Origin: a bacterium
GTDB lineage: Bacteria > UBA8248 > JACPRG01 > G963555815
DNA length: 64,000 bases
NCBI GenBank assembly: GCA_965261595.1
Contig: CBDHDG010000006.1
Span: forward strand, 1,536,001 to 1,600,000
Reading direction: 5' to 3'
Each line of letters begins with the position of its first letter. Within the stretch, counting starts at the first letter, position 1. The notes under the pieces were generated by a model, which worked only from the letters and a program-made list of their open reading frames with translations, made no database searches and was not told the origin of the DNA. The position numbers and the translations under genes were made by a program. Of the stretch, positions 22,901 to 34,285 are shown in pieces.

Positions 22901-23326
22901 TGGGAAGACCTGCGAACCCGATGCAATTCCGGGCGAGAACACGAGCCCCGCATTGATGAACGGCGGATCTGTCCCGGCGAAGGCGCCCGCGGCATTCTTT
23001 ACCTCTAACGCCGCATCGAGTGCCTGCCGATAAGGGTTCCGGAAGTCCTTCCAGTGTCCGGAGGCCAGATGGACTTGCCACGGCCCGTTCTCGCCGCCAC
23101 GCACCGGGCGGGCAAAGCCTTTCGCCTCGATGACCAGAGCAAGGCCGTCCAAGACAACCAGCAAGTCGATCTGCCGCGACCTGATCTCAAAATTCGCCAA
23201 CACGACCGCCCGCCGCCCGTCGGCGACAAGCAACCGCTCGATCTCCCGCAACGTGGAATGTTCCGACTCGTGCTCGATCAGGCCGCCAATGCGGATGTCT
23301 AGCGTCTTTGTATCTCTGTCGTTCAT
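19930..23326 (-). pseudogene. NERD nuclease + NACHT/STAND-like NTPase + helical C-terminus, one frameshift near 21050
   Basis: QIDLLVV...LVIEAK and NPYRQA (NERD), GPSGCGKS, FIVDGYNE and VSFPHE. The reading continues as ISANWDSAPYHLRLALMDAA in the 19930..21003 frame. Confidence 0.75.
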
Positions 23327-23390
23327 CGCCTCGGTCCCGATTTCAGGCCACCGACGGCGCGTCGCCGCAACTCCCATGCCGAGTTCAGCA

Positions 23391-23891
23391 TCACTCCGCC
23401 ATCACCACCTCGCCGAGGGTCCGCTCGTGCCACCGCCTCGTATACGCCTCGCGAAGAACGATTCCCGGCCGATGGCCGACCTCGTCGAGCAGTCCTGCCA
23501 TCGACACGAGCCTCTCGCGCAATCCGAGCATCACGCCGCAACGCAGACTCGCCTTGTCCGGGCCGCACAGGATCCAGTCATCGTCGCGGCCCAGGACGTG
23601 CGCCGAAAGCGAGGCTTCGCCCCTGTCGAGCGCGATTTCGCCCGCGCGGATCGCGAGCACGGCACGTTCCAGATCCCCGACCGCATGAATACCCGCCAGC
23701 CTGTCCCGGAGCCGCGCCTCGTCGATCCGCCGTTCGGGTCGTCGGTGCTGGAACCCCGTCTGGGTCTCCGTGATGCAATCCTCCACGGTCTCCACGCCGT
23801 AGCCCCCTGTCAGCGCCCGCCACAAACCCGTCCGGTGCGCCTCCTAGATCACATTCGTGTCCACGAGCACGGTACCGCGATGCCGAGCCAT
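23391..23891 (-). pseudogene. PIN-domain protein with a premature TAG at 23844-23846
   Basis: MARHRGTVLVDTNVI*EAHR...LDRGEASL...CGPDKASLR. Confidence 0.72.
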
Positions 23892-23897
23892 GACGCC

Positions 23898-24978
23898 TCA
23901 TATCTCGGCCGGTTGCGCAACGCCGTGCACCGCGAACAGATCAGAAAGATCGTCGACGCTGAGATCGAGCAACGCCGCGGCCCGGCGTACCGAGACAAGT
24001 CCGTCCCCGACGGCAAGCCCGATAATCTCCAGGAACGGTCTCGAGAACAGCACCGGTGACACACCCTCGACATCCTCGCGGCCGTTGTGCCGCAATGCCG
24101 CGTCCGGCACCGCGCTCGCCGTCTCCGAGGGCAGGGCTCCGAGTGCAACCAGGCGCCATTTCAACGCCGAGGCCGTCACATGCAACTCGTCCGCCGCCCC
24201 ATTCAGCCGCGCGATCAGCCCCGCCTGTCCAGGCTCCGACCAGTCACCGAAGCGCGCAACCGTACCGGCCGGCATCAGCACTGCCGCCGCAAAATTGTTG
24301 GCGAGCTGCTCGACGCGGTTGCCGCCCGTCTCTCTCGCCTCCTCCAGATACTCCGGCGGCATCGCGTCCCAGGTCAGGAGATGAAACAGCTCGTGCGCCA
24401 GATCGAAATGACGCCGTCCTGCGACCTCGTGGCGGGCAATCAGCACCGAGTCCAGCTCAGGCAGGCGGCATGCCGCGCCGGAGATCCCCCGATGCGCGTC
24501 CACCATGAGAGCGAGGATCCCCAACTCCCGTTCCATGACATCGGCAAGGCGCACCGCCGGCACGTCGCCGAGACTGAACTCGGCAACGAACCGTTCCCCG
24601 GCACGCATGGCCTCCTCGAAACTCGAGCGCCGCACAAGACCGAGCGCGCGGCGCATGAGCGGCGCCTCGCGCCCGACCTGAGGCGCCAGCGCGCGGAACG
24701 CACCGATCCAGCGCCCCGCCTTGCGTTCATACGCTTCCAGCTGCCGCACCTCGACACCGGACTGACGCCACGAGAATCGCCCTTCGCCGGCGAGCAGGAA
24801 GGGATCGGTGAAGTACTCGAGCGGCGTGCCGAGCCTCTCGACCGCCAGCACCAGCTCCTCCGCCGTGACCCGCCTAGCGCCGGTCGTTGAATCCGAACAT
24901 CTCCGCCAGACTCTCCTGGGAGAGCCCGCGTTCCTCTCGAAGCGCCCTGATCCGTTTGCCGATCTGTTGTCTCGTCAT
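23898..24978 (-). pseudogene. XRE-HTH + ImmA/IrrE Zn-metallopeptidase; deletion and frameshift in the HTH
   Basis: IGKRIRALREERGLSQESLA, break near 24880, then RRHFDLAHELFH (HExxH) and EQLANNFAAAVLMP. Confidence 0.85.
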
Positions 24979-25141
24979 CGGCTCCTCCGCGCGTATTTCT
25001 TGCCCTTTTTATTATGCAACTTTTATATGCGATTTTTACTCTGCGCACAACACGTCAGAACCCAACGCCGCCGTTCCCCGGAGCCCGCCCTGTATCGGCG
25101 CGACACCCAACATCCCGATCCGGCGACGTCGACGCCGTTGT

Positions 25142-27185
25142 CTACAATCCCATCTCCATTCCGCGCGCGTCCCGATCCCTTGACGGCGATGCGGGACCGT
25201 CCCGCTCCTTGCCCGTTCCCGTACCGGCCCCCGGATCCCTCGTCACTTCCCAATCCCGACCGCCCGCCTTCGCGGCCTCCGGCGCCTTTGACTTCCCGTC
25301 TCCGAGCGCCTCCAGCGCCGCGATGCGCTCGCCGGTGAGTGCCTGTAGCTGCTCCCTGAGCGCCGACTTGTCGTCGGTCACGAGCTCGGCGCGGTCGCGC
25401 GCGCGGCTGATCTCGACATACAGCATCTTCTGATTGGTAAGGTTCGGATGGTTGGCCTCGATCGCGGCGATCACGGTATCGACCGTGCGCCCCTGGAACG
25501 CATGCACGGTCGAGGCCCAGGCGCGGTCGATATGGCTGAGCTGCGGGTCTCCGGCGTTCATGTCGAGCATGCGCCCGTCCTCGAGGCGGAAGCTGACCCG
25601 GCCATCGTTGACCGCCGCCACCTCCGCGGTCTCGCTGTTCACGAGCCCGAGGCCGGCATCGTTGCGGGTCCAGCGGATGCGGTCGCCGGCCCGGAGCTCC
25701 ATCGTCTCCCTCTTGTAGACCTCGACACCGCCCGCCCGAGCCGAGATCCGGCCCGGCTCCCAGGCGACCGTCCCGCCGTCCTTGCCTGCGAGCGTCACCG
25801 TCCCGGCCCCATGGTCCACTCCGGCGACCCGCAGCTCGTCGCCCTTCTCGACACCGAGGCGCTTGTAGGGGCGGTGGAACCCCACGACATCGCCGGCCAT
25901 GTAGTTCCGCGCGAGCGCCTTCTCGGCGTTGGTGTAGCCCCGTGACGCCAGCCGCTCGGTTTGCATCGCGGGGCCGTGGACGACGCCGTCGCGGGTCAGG
26001 CGCTCGCGGACGATCTCGTTGATCCCCTCGCGCAGCGCATGGCTCGGCGCCATCAGCCCCGTGCGCTCGTGCGCCTGTGGCGGGAGCGCGAGCCAGCGCG
26101 CGGCGGCGGCGCCCGCGAGGCTCGCCTCGACGGCCTCCTTCAGGGCCGGATCGCGCTGGCGCATGATCTGGTCCATCAGGGCGGTCTTCATCCCGGCGGC
26201 CTGGAGCTGCGCGAAGGGCTTGCCGGCGTCGACCGCGTCGAGCTGTTTCTCGTCGCCCACCAGCACCACGCGGGGGATGCGCAAGCGGTCGACGATCCTG
26301 AGCAGGTCGCGGGCCTGGACGGTGGAGGCGAGCGAGCCCTCGTCGACAATGAGCACGGTCTTCGCGAATGTCGCCCGCATCTCCTTTTCGCCCTTCGCGG
26401 TCATCCGGCCCGCTGCGACGCCGCCGTAGCGCGCGAGGAAGCGCTGCAGGGTCTCGGTCCCGATCCCGGCCTCGGCGCTGAGGGTGCGCGCGGCCGAAGC
26501 CGAGGGCGCGAGGCCCCGGACCTCCCAGCCGCGCTTTTCCATGAGCGCGCGGGCGCGGTTCAGCATCGTGGTCTTGCCGCTGCCCGCGTAGCCCTGGACG
26601 CCGACCGTGCGGTCCCTGTCAGAGAGGATCAGCTTCACCGCCGCCTTCTGGCCTTCCGTGAGGGGGCCTTTGCGGAGCGCCTTGTCGACGGCGCGGGCGC
26701 GCATCGGGGACGCGCCGCGGTCCCGGCCCGCTTCCATCAGCGCGATCGTCTCCTTCTCGTCGGCGACCGCCCGGTCGGTGGTCAAGAGCCCATCCATGCC
26801 GGGTAGCCTCGCGGCGTGCAGCGATCCGGCCCCCTCCAGCCGCGCCACCGCGGCCTCGGCCTCGCCGACCGTCACCTTTCCGGGGTTCCACGCGAGCGCC
26901 GCGGCCAGCAGATTCGGTGCGCGAGAACAACGCCTCGCGCTCGGAGAGATGCGCCACCGCCCAGTCCATCGCGGTCTGTGCGGGCGATTCCGGGGTGCTC
27001 TCCACCTCCGGACCGCGACCCGGCGGCGCCGTTTCAGGGGCGCTCTCCCTGTCCCGCCGCCCGGCCCCCGGCTCCTCCGCACCCGGAGGAGCCGTCTCCT
27101 TGCCGGCGCCCTCCCGCTCCGCGCCCTTCGCCGCTGCCTCGACCCCGAGCGCCCGCGCGTCGAAGCCGAGATCGGCGGCCGGGCG
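25142..27185 (-). pseudogene. C-terminal helicase part of a TrwC/TraI (MOBF) relaxase; relaxase domain missing
   Basis: VQGYAGSGKTTML, IVDEGSL, LVGDEKQL, WASTVHAFQGRT and YVEISRAR. AADLGFDARAL sits at the truncation point. Confidence 0.88.
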
Positions 27186-28333
27186 CCTGAGGACCTCTCG
27201 CCGTGGCTGCCCTGGTCGATGGGCGCGGACCGCAGGCGCGCCCTCATGACGCCGGGATGACCGGCGAGGTTGAGTGCCGCTATTACGGACGCGACTTCAC
27301 GATGCGAGAGATGGTGCTGCTGCACTCGCTGATCGCCGGCCCGCCGGCGCTGAACCGCCATGCGCTGTCGAAGGAGTTCTGCCGGCGCATCCGCTGGTTC
27401 AAGCCCGACGGCGGGCTCAAGGACATGATGGCCAGGGTGACCATGCTGGCCATGCAGAAAGACGGCCTGATCGCCCTGCCGACGCCGAAGTGGCGGCAGA
27501 ACCGGCCCGGGCCGATCGTCTTCGGGCCGGAGACCGAACCGCCGCTGATCCCGGCGCCGGCTACCCTTGAGGAGGCCCGCCCGCTCGACCTGCGGCTCGT
27601 CGTCCGCGGCACCCGCGAGGGCAAGCGGTGGAACGAGTTCGTCGCCCGCTACCACTATCTCGGCTACAAGACCCTCGTCGGCGCCCAGATGCGCTACGCC
27701 GTCCACGACCGAGGCGGCCGGCCCGTCGCCATGCTCGGCTTCAGCACTGCCGCGTGGAAGCTCGCCCCTCGAGACCGCTTCATCGGTTGGACGCCGCAAC
27801 TGCGCGAGAAGAACCTCTCCCTCGTGGTCGACAACCCGAGGTTCCTCATCCTGCCCTGGATCAAGATCCCCAACCTGGGCTCGCACATCCTCGCCATCGT
27901 CCGCCGGCGCCTGCCCGGGGACTGGACCGGGCGCTACAACACCACCCCCGTGCTCATCGAGACCTTCGTCGAGACCCCCCGCTACACCGGCGCCGTCTAC
28001 AGGGCATCGGGATGGACCCACGTCGGAACCACCCAGGGACGCGGACGCTACGACAGGTACACGAGACGCGCCCAACCGAAAAAGGATATCTGGCTCCGCC
28101 CCCTCAAAAAAAATTGGAAACGAACCCTCAACAGCTAAATTAACCCCCCATCACGGCCCGGCCGAACGTTTATCGCCAAGGACTCGCCTGTATGCGCGGG
28201 GCGTTTTAACGAATGCGCTTTCATTTTGATTACGGACTACGAAATGTGAGTTCCGGACAAGAACAGGAAGATTGTGGATTATCCAATAATATCAATAGGA
28301 TATTAGAGTTGCACGGCTGGAAAGAACGCCTAC
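27175..28333 (+). mobile_element. Right part of an IS66-like transposon: TnpC tail, DUF4338 gene and terminal repeats
   Basis: GRAPEDLSPWLPWSM...TPG* overlaps the DUF4338 ATG. The terminal ~130 bp are homologous to 45566-45697. Confidence 0.75.
27257..28138 (+). CDS. DUF4338-domain protein (DruA-like, transposon-associated type)
   Basis: RYHYLGY, GAQMRY, RDRFIGW, NPRFLILPW, NLGSHIL, LIETFVE and YRASGWTHVGTTQGRGR. Confidence 0.88.
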   Translation: MTGEVECRYYGRDFTMREMVLLHSLIAGPPALNRHALSKEFCRRIRWFKPDGGLKDMMARVTMLAMQKDGLIALPTPKWRQNRPGPIVFGPETEPPLIPAPATLEEARPLDLRLVVRGTREGKRWNEFVARYHYLGYKTLVGAQMRYAVHDRGGRPVAMLGFSTAAWKLAPRDRFIGWTPQLREKNLSLVVDNPRFLILPWIKIPNLGSHILAIVRRRLPGDWTGRYNTTPVLIETFVETPRYTGAVYRASGWTHVGTTQGRGRYDRYTRRAQPKKDIWLRPLKKNWKRTLNS

Positions 28334-28339
28334 AAGCAA

Positions 28340-29260
28340 CTATCCGGCCAGAAACTCTGGGCCGTTGTCGGATCGAATATGCTCCGGGACCCCTTGCCAC
28401 ACCATCACGTCCGACAACGTCTCGATCACCTCCGGGCTGCCTATCCTCCGCTCGACTCGGATGGCCAGGCATTCCCTCGTAACCTCGTCCAGCAGCGTCA
28501 GAAGCCGCAGCGTTCTTCCATCGTGCGTTCTGGCGCTGACAAAATCATAGCTCCAGACGTGGTTCCGATGCTCCGGCCGCAGTCGCACACAGGAACCGCC
28601 GTTCAGCCAGAGCCGTCTTCGGGGCCTTTGTTTCTGCGGCACTTTCAAACCTTCCCGCCGCCAGATTCGCTGCACCCGATCCTTCCCCACCGGCCAGCCC
28701 GAGCTCTGCAGCAACGCCGTGATTCGTCGAGTACCGTACCGCCCGTACTGCGCCGCCAGAGCCACCACCGCTCGTGTCAGCTCATCCTCGTCCAACCGAT
28801 CCATCGGCCGGTATCGTTGCGTTCCCCTCCATTGCCCTAGCAGCCGGCAGGCGCGCCGTTCCGACAGGCCATACTTCCACCGCGCACACTCCACCGCGCA
28901 ACGTCGCCGCTCAGGGCTCAGAAGTTTCCCTGGGCTACGTCCCGTAGCACTTGCTTCTCCAGCGACAACTCGGCCACCAGTCGCTCAACCGCGTATTTTC
29001 CTTCTTGAGCTCCTTCAGCCGTTTCGCCTGATCCAGCTTCAGCCCTCCATATTCCTTCCGCAGCGGTAATAAGTCTGGGTGTGGATGCCGGCTTCCTTGC
29101 AGGCTTCGGGAGCCGTCTTCCCGTTTGCCATCTGCACTTCGATCTGCCGCAGCAAGGTCACAATCTGCTCTGCTTTGTACTTTCGGATCGGCATGTCCAG
29201 CTTCCTCCTTCGTGAGATCCTCTCTCACTTCTGCTGGTACAAAAAACGCCGGGCAGGTCA
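28340..29260 (-). mobile_element. Truncated IS3-family (IS407-like) element
   Basis: Left end TGACCTGCCC at 29260; orfA is frameshifted; orfB WSYDFV...IRSDNGPEF breaks off at the IS66-like end. Confidence 0.85.
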
Positions 29261-29334
29261 GTCAACTCCTGTAGTGAAGTGACCATGCATTACTGGATGC
29301 CTCTCGCTCCCACGCCGATGATTGAAGAACGTCA

Positions 29335-29378
29335 TTGACAAAGTAAGATAAATATAGCATATTTCTTACCAAGGTCAA
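29335..29378 (+). promoter_or_regulatory. Sigma70-like promoter inside an inverted repeat (probable AbiEi operator)
   Basis: TTGACA-17 bp-CATATT; arms TTGAC..GTAAGA.AAATAT / ATATTT.CTTAC..GTCAA. Confidence 0.65.
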
Positions 29379-29407
29379 GAAGGGAATTCAGAAAGGGGTG
29401 TGATCCA

Positions 29408-30031
29408 ATGACGCGCATGGTCGACAAGATCATGGAGAAGGTGTCCGCGCACGGCAGGGGGAAGTGGGTGTGCACGCCCAAGGACTTTCTGGACCTCGGG
29501 AGCCGTGTGGCCGTTGATCAGGCTCTCTACCGCCTCGTCAAGGCCGGCCAGTTGCGCCGGGTCGGCCACGGCCTGTACGACAGGCCCAGGTTCAGCGAGG
29601 TGCTGAAGCGGCCCGCTCCGGCCGACCTGGATGCCGCCATCGCGGCCCTGGCGCGCCGGGATGGTGTCCGGATCATGCCGGACGGCTTGGCGGCCGCGAA
29701 CCGGCTGGGTCTCACCAACGCGGTTCCCGCCAAGGCGAGCTACGTGACGGACGGCCACACGAGGACCCTGAAGATCGACGGGAGAACGGTCCGGTTTCGC
29801 CATGCGGGTCCGAGGGTCATGCAGTGGGCGGGCAAACCCGCGGCCCCGGTGGTTCAGGCGCTGCGGTGGCTTGGACCCGGCGCCGCCGCGGACGCGCGCG
29901 TTGTTTCGACCTTGAAACGCCTTGTGCCCGACGCCGTGAAGCATGACCTGTTCCAGAACAGCCGGGACTTGCCCGGCTGGGCGCTGCCGCTGGCTCGGAG
30001 CATCGCGACCGGCCAGGCCGCTGCCGTATGA
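29408..30031 (+). CDS. AbiEi-type (DUF6088-like) type IV antitoxin
   Basis: PKDFLDLGSRVAVDQALYRL...GHGLYDRP and AANRLGLTNAVP; ATGA overlap with the toxin gene. Confidence 0.85.
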   Translation: MTRMVDKIMEKVSAHGRGKWVCTPKDFLDLGSRVAVDQALYRLVKAGQLRRVGHGLYDRPRFSEVLKRPAPADLDAAIAALARRDGVRIMPDGLAAANRLGLTNAVPAKASYVTDGHTRTLKIDGRTVRFRHAGPRVMQWAGKPAAPVVQALRWLGPGAAADARVVSTLKRLVPDAVKHDLFQNSRDLPGWALPLARSIATGQAAAV

Positions 30032-32480
30032 ATGAGGCCTTCGAGTCTTTTTTCTCTCTTCCGGAGCGTGGAAAGCGGGATGTGTTCGAGGCGGCCGCGA
30101 GCCGCCTCGATACGTTGCCCAGCTACGTAGAGAAGGACTTCTGGGGGTTGTCTTGTCCTCGATGCGCTCTACAACCGGCTGCCCGGCGGGCATCCGAAAT
30201 TGCTCTTCAAGGGTGGGACGTCACTTTCCAAAGCCTTCGGTCTCATTCGACGGTTCTCGGAAGATATCGATCTCGTCGTCCATCGTGACGACCTTGGTTT
30301 CGCAGGCGACCGCGATCCGGCCGTAGCATGCAATCTGTCGAACGGGAAGCGGGCCGCCCTGTTCAAGGAACTCGGCGCGGCGTGCAGCAGCTACATTCTT
30401 GGAGATCTGGCCACCGCTTTGGCGACGCTGTTCGGGGAGATGACGGAGGGGTGCCGCGTCGACCCGGATAGGGATGATGTCGACGGACAGACGATCTTCA
30501 TCGAGTACTCCACGCTGTATTCGAGGGACGATATGGCCTACGTGGTCCCGCGTGTGAGGATTGAGGCGGGAGCAAGGTCGGCGCTGGACCCCAATTTGAC
30601 CTGCTCGCTTGCTCCGTACGTCGCAGAGGAATTACCCAACTGGTCCTTTGACGTGGATGACGTCAGGGTTATGGCGCCGGAGCGCACCTATTGGGAGAAG
30701 CTGCTGATCCTGCACGGGGCGCACCATGGATACCTAGACACGCAACGTCTGCCGGCTGACAGGGACCGGATCTCGCGCCACTACTACGACGCCGCGATGA
30801 TCACGTCGACCGATCTCGGCAGGTCCGCCTTGTCGAACATCGACCTGCTGGACATGGTTCGGAACCACAACCTCGTCGCCTTCCGGCAGGCTTGGAAGCG
30901 GTTCGAAGAGGCCATTCCCGGATCGGTGAGACTGGTTCCGCAAGCGGAACTGCGTACGGTGATTGAACGGGATTACGGGGCCATGCAAAGCATGATCTCC
31001 CCCGCTCTAGGGTTTTGTTGGACACTCGATTGATCCATGATTCATGGAGAAAGGGGTGTCGCGATGAACGAACAAAAGCAAGAGGGGGCTTTGGCGGAGG
31101 GCGCCCGTAGGGCGAACGGAGCCAAGGCCCCAGGGCATCGCAGTGAGCGGGGTCGGTTCTCCTGCCAGCGCAAGCGGGAGGCGGTCCTGCGTCTTTTGCG
31201 GGGCGAGAGCCTGGAGACGCTCTGCCGCGAGTTGGGCACGACAGCGGCTCGGCTTTCCGCCTGGCGCGAGGCGTTCCTTCGCGGGGGCGAGGCGGCGCTC
31301 AAAGCCCGCCCGGCGGATGAGCGGGACGAGGAGAACGCCCGGCTCAAGGCCAAGGTGGGCGAACTCACGATGGAGGGCGAGGTCCTGCGGGAGAAGATCG
31401 ACCGCCTGGAGGCCGGCCGCCCTTTAGCCGGCAGGAGGTGGAGGCGATGAGTCAGGCCCGCTTCACCTCCACGGGCAGAGCCTACGGCCTGAAGCGGGTG
31501 TGCGCCCTTTGGGGCTTGGCGCGCTCCACGGTCTACGCGCAACGGCGGCGAGAGGCGGTCCCCGTTCATGAACGCCCCACGCCCAATAAGCGCGGCCCTG
31601 TGGGCCCGTGCACCGATGCGGAACTCCTCGGCCACATCCGGCAGGTCCTGGAGGACTCTCCCTTCCATGGCGAGGGCTACCGCAAGGTGTGGGCGAGGCT
31701 GCGCTTCGCGGGCATCCGCACCAGCAAGGAGCGGGTGCGTCGCCTGATGCGGGAGGCGGGGCTTCAGGCCCCCCACCGGGTGGGCAAACCCCGAGGTCCC
31801 AAGGCCCACAACGGAACCATCCGCACCGAGCGGCCCGACCGAATGTGGGGCACGGACATGACGACGACGGTGACCACCGAGGAGGGGATGGCCTCGGTGT
31901 TCGTGGCGGTGGATCACTGCTCGGTGGACTGCGTGGGGATCCATGCGGCCAAGAGCGGCAACCGCTTCGAGGCCCTGGAGCCGATCCGGCAGGGGGTCGC
32001 CGAGCGCTTCGCCGGCTTGGAGGCGGACGTCGCCGAGGGGCTTAAAGTTCGTCACGACCACGGCCCCGCCTATCTGTCCGATGACTTTCAGCGGGAGATC
32101 GCCTACCTGGGCATGACCAGTTCGCCCAGCTTCGTGCGGGCGCCCGAGGGAAATGGCTACTGTGAGTGGTTCATCCGCATCTTGAAGGAGAATCTCCTGT
32201 GGGTGCGCTCTTTCGCCACCGTAGAGGAACTGCGGTGGGCGCTGCTTGAGTTCAAGAACCTGTACAACCATCATTGGATTCTCGAGGGCTACGGCTACCG
32301 AACGCCGGCCCAGGCAAGGCAGGAAAAACTCGCTCAAGTTGCGGAGGCCGCATGAGGTCGAATACCCTCACCCGAGTGTCCAATAACCCAGGGGCGGTCC
32401 AGATCCTTGGCGAGGTCCCGGAGTTCGGATGGGTCATGGAACAGCTTCAGCGTGCCGAAGCCGCGATTAACCCGGCCTAA
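30028..32480 (+). pseudogene. AbiEii nucleotidyltransferase toxin, frameshifted (~30145) and IS-interrupted
   Basis: VEKDFW, LFKGGTSLSK, RFSEDID, ERTYWEK and SRHYYD. The tail MILGEVPEFGWVMEQL...* resumes after the IS. Confidence 0.9.
30998..32401 (+). mobile_element. IS3-family element, copy 2 (TSD GATC; intact WGTD)
   Basis: Near-identical to copy 1; GATC at 30994-30997 and 32402-32405. Confidence 0.95.
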
Positions 32481-32507
32481 GGCTTAGTTGTATTAGCTTT
32501 AACTTAA

Positions 32508-33407
32508 GGGGATTGTAAAAGATATGACACCGGATTAGGCTGGTGTCGTGGACGTAAATAGCTTTGAAGGGCTTGTAAAAACGGAGGTTACAGCGAGACG
32601 CCATTTGCTCAGGGCGTGTCAGAAAAACGGGCGTAAAATCTGCCCTCGTTGTGAGGGTCGAAAATGCTACGTTGTGGGCACGAAAGGGCGCTTTCGCTGC
32701 GCTGGGTGTCGGTACACCTTCGGGCCGTTCACGGGCCGCTGGCTGGGCCGGCTTCGCCTCTCGGCCCGGCAGTGGCTTTGGGTGGTGAAGCTCTTTGAGC
32801 TGGAGGTCTCGGCCCGCAAGATGGCCCAGCAACTCGCCGTGAGCTATCCGACGGCGCTCAGGGCTGTGACGACGCTCAGGCGCAGTCTTGTGGCCGGAAC
32901 GCCGGGGGGACAGGAGCTTCTTCGAGGGGAGGTGGAGGCGGACGAGGCCTACTTCGGGGGCAGGCGCAAGGGGAAGAGAGGCCGAGGCGCAGCGGGTAAA
33001 GTCCCTGTTTTCGGTATTTTGGAGCGGGGTGGCCGGGTGAAGGTGGAGGCGGTCGGCAATGTCAAGGCCCAGACCCTTTTGGCCTCCACCGTGAAGCGGG
33101 TCCATCGGGGCAGCGTGGTCTACACCGACCGCTACCAGGTCTATGACGCCCTGATGTTCTGCGGCTATCGCCACCTGCGGGTGGATCATGATCGGCGCTT
33201 CAGTCGGGGCAAAGTGCACATCAACGGCCTGGAAGGCTTTTGGGCCTACGCCAAGCAGAGACTCATCAAACATCATGGCGTGTCCAAGGAGCGATTCCCC
33301 CTCTACCGGAAGGAGATGGAATTCCGCTACAATCACCGCCACCAGGATCTCTTTCCCCTGGTGGTCCAACAACTCACCCAATTGGTGTCAAAACCTTTAT
33401 AATTCCC
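32508..33407 (+). mobile_element. IS1595-family element (transposase 32548..33402)
   Basis: CPRC/CAGC zinc finger, VEADEAY, VYTD and HINGLEGFW. Imperfect IRs GGGGATTGTAAAAGATATGACACC / GGTGTCAAAACCTTTATAATTCCC. Confidence 0.9.
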
Positions 33408-33415
33408 TAAAATGA

Positions 33416-33613
33416 ATGGTTCAGACGATACAAAAGAACATTCGGGTCATGCCCTGGCAATGGAAACGGATCGAGAAAACGGCGGAGGACGGGTATTTCG
33501 CCAACCAACTCGTGGTCGAGCCCGCGATGGAAGTCTTAGAGCGCAGAGAATGTCCCGCCCGCATGCGCGCTTTGGGGTGGAGGCGCGCTCGCGCGTGGAG
33601 GTGGGGCCCTTGA
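33416..33613 (+). pseudogene. Degenerate paralog of the RHH gene at 14976
   Basis: MVQTIQKNIRVMPWQWKRIEK versus MVQTVQKNIRVTPEQWERIEK. Confidence 0.7.
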
Positions 33614-33659
33614 CCTCCGCTCCCGAGAAGCTCGAACCCGGCGCATCGGAAGCGCTTCG

Positions 33660-34202
33660 TTGCGCCGTCCAGACTCCCGAGTTCTGGCCGCTAGCGCACC
33701 CGAGCCGCTTCGTACGGCCGAGTCGGGCGCTCGGAAGTTCGTGGCGACGCACGACATCGGGTTGGGGGACGAGCCCCTCGTGCGCACGCGTGAGCTTTGC
33801 GCAAAGCTCCACGATGGATTCGAGTATATTCCGGTCCACACCGAGGTGGACTCGCCCATCGAAGACTTCCTCGAAACCGTGCGGGGGGTCTGCCGGAACG
33901 ACGCTGACGTGAAGGCATCCATCGTGCGCGGCTGGGCGGTTCCATGCCGCTACGTGTCGGGCTATCAGGGACCGGAAACCGGGGAAGACGCGAGGGGCGA
34001 GAGCCACACCTGGGTGGCGTGCTGGTTTCTGGTCGTGGGGTGGTCCGGCTTCGATCCGACCAACACCACCGAGGGAAACGAGCGTCACGTCCGAGTGGCG
34101 GTGGGCCGCGACTACGCGGACCCTCCCGAGCCGGGGCGCGTTCCGGGGAAACGGCGGCTCGTGCTCGGCACCGAGGTGCGGATCGGGTGGCATCCGGGAT
34201 AG
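33660..34202 (+). pseudogene. Transglutaminase-like protein fragment
   Basis: GVC, RYVSGY, ESHTWV, GFDPTN and VAVGRDYAD; N-terminus absent or scrambled. Confidence 0.75.
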
Positions 34203-34285
34203 TGGGGGCTGAAGCGCGTCGGGTTGAAGAGTCGTTCACCATGAGGTTCTGGCGAATCATCCAACATCGGGCGGGAGAGGACGAA

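Noticed and set aside
25142..28075. 977-aa ORF as one protein
   Set aside because: It is a chimera: the N-terminal part is the antisense of DUF4338, and only the C-terminal helicase part is genuine.
27257..28138. Druantia defence system (DUF4338 = DruA)
   Set aside because: No DruE helicase or other dru genes are present; the gene lies inside IS66-like ends, coupled to TnpC.
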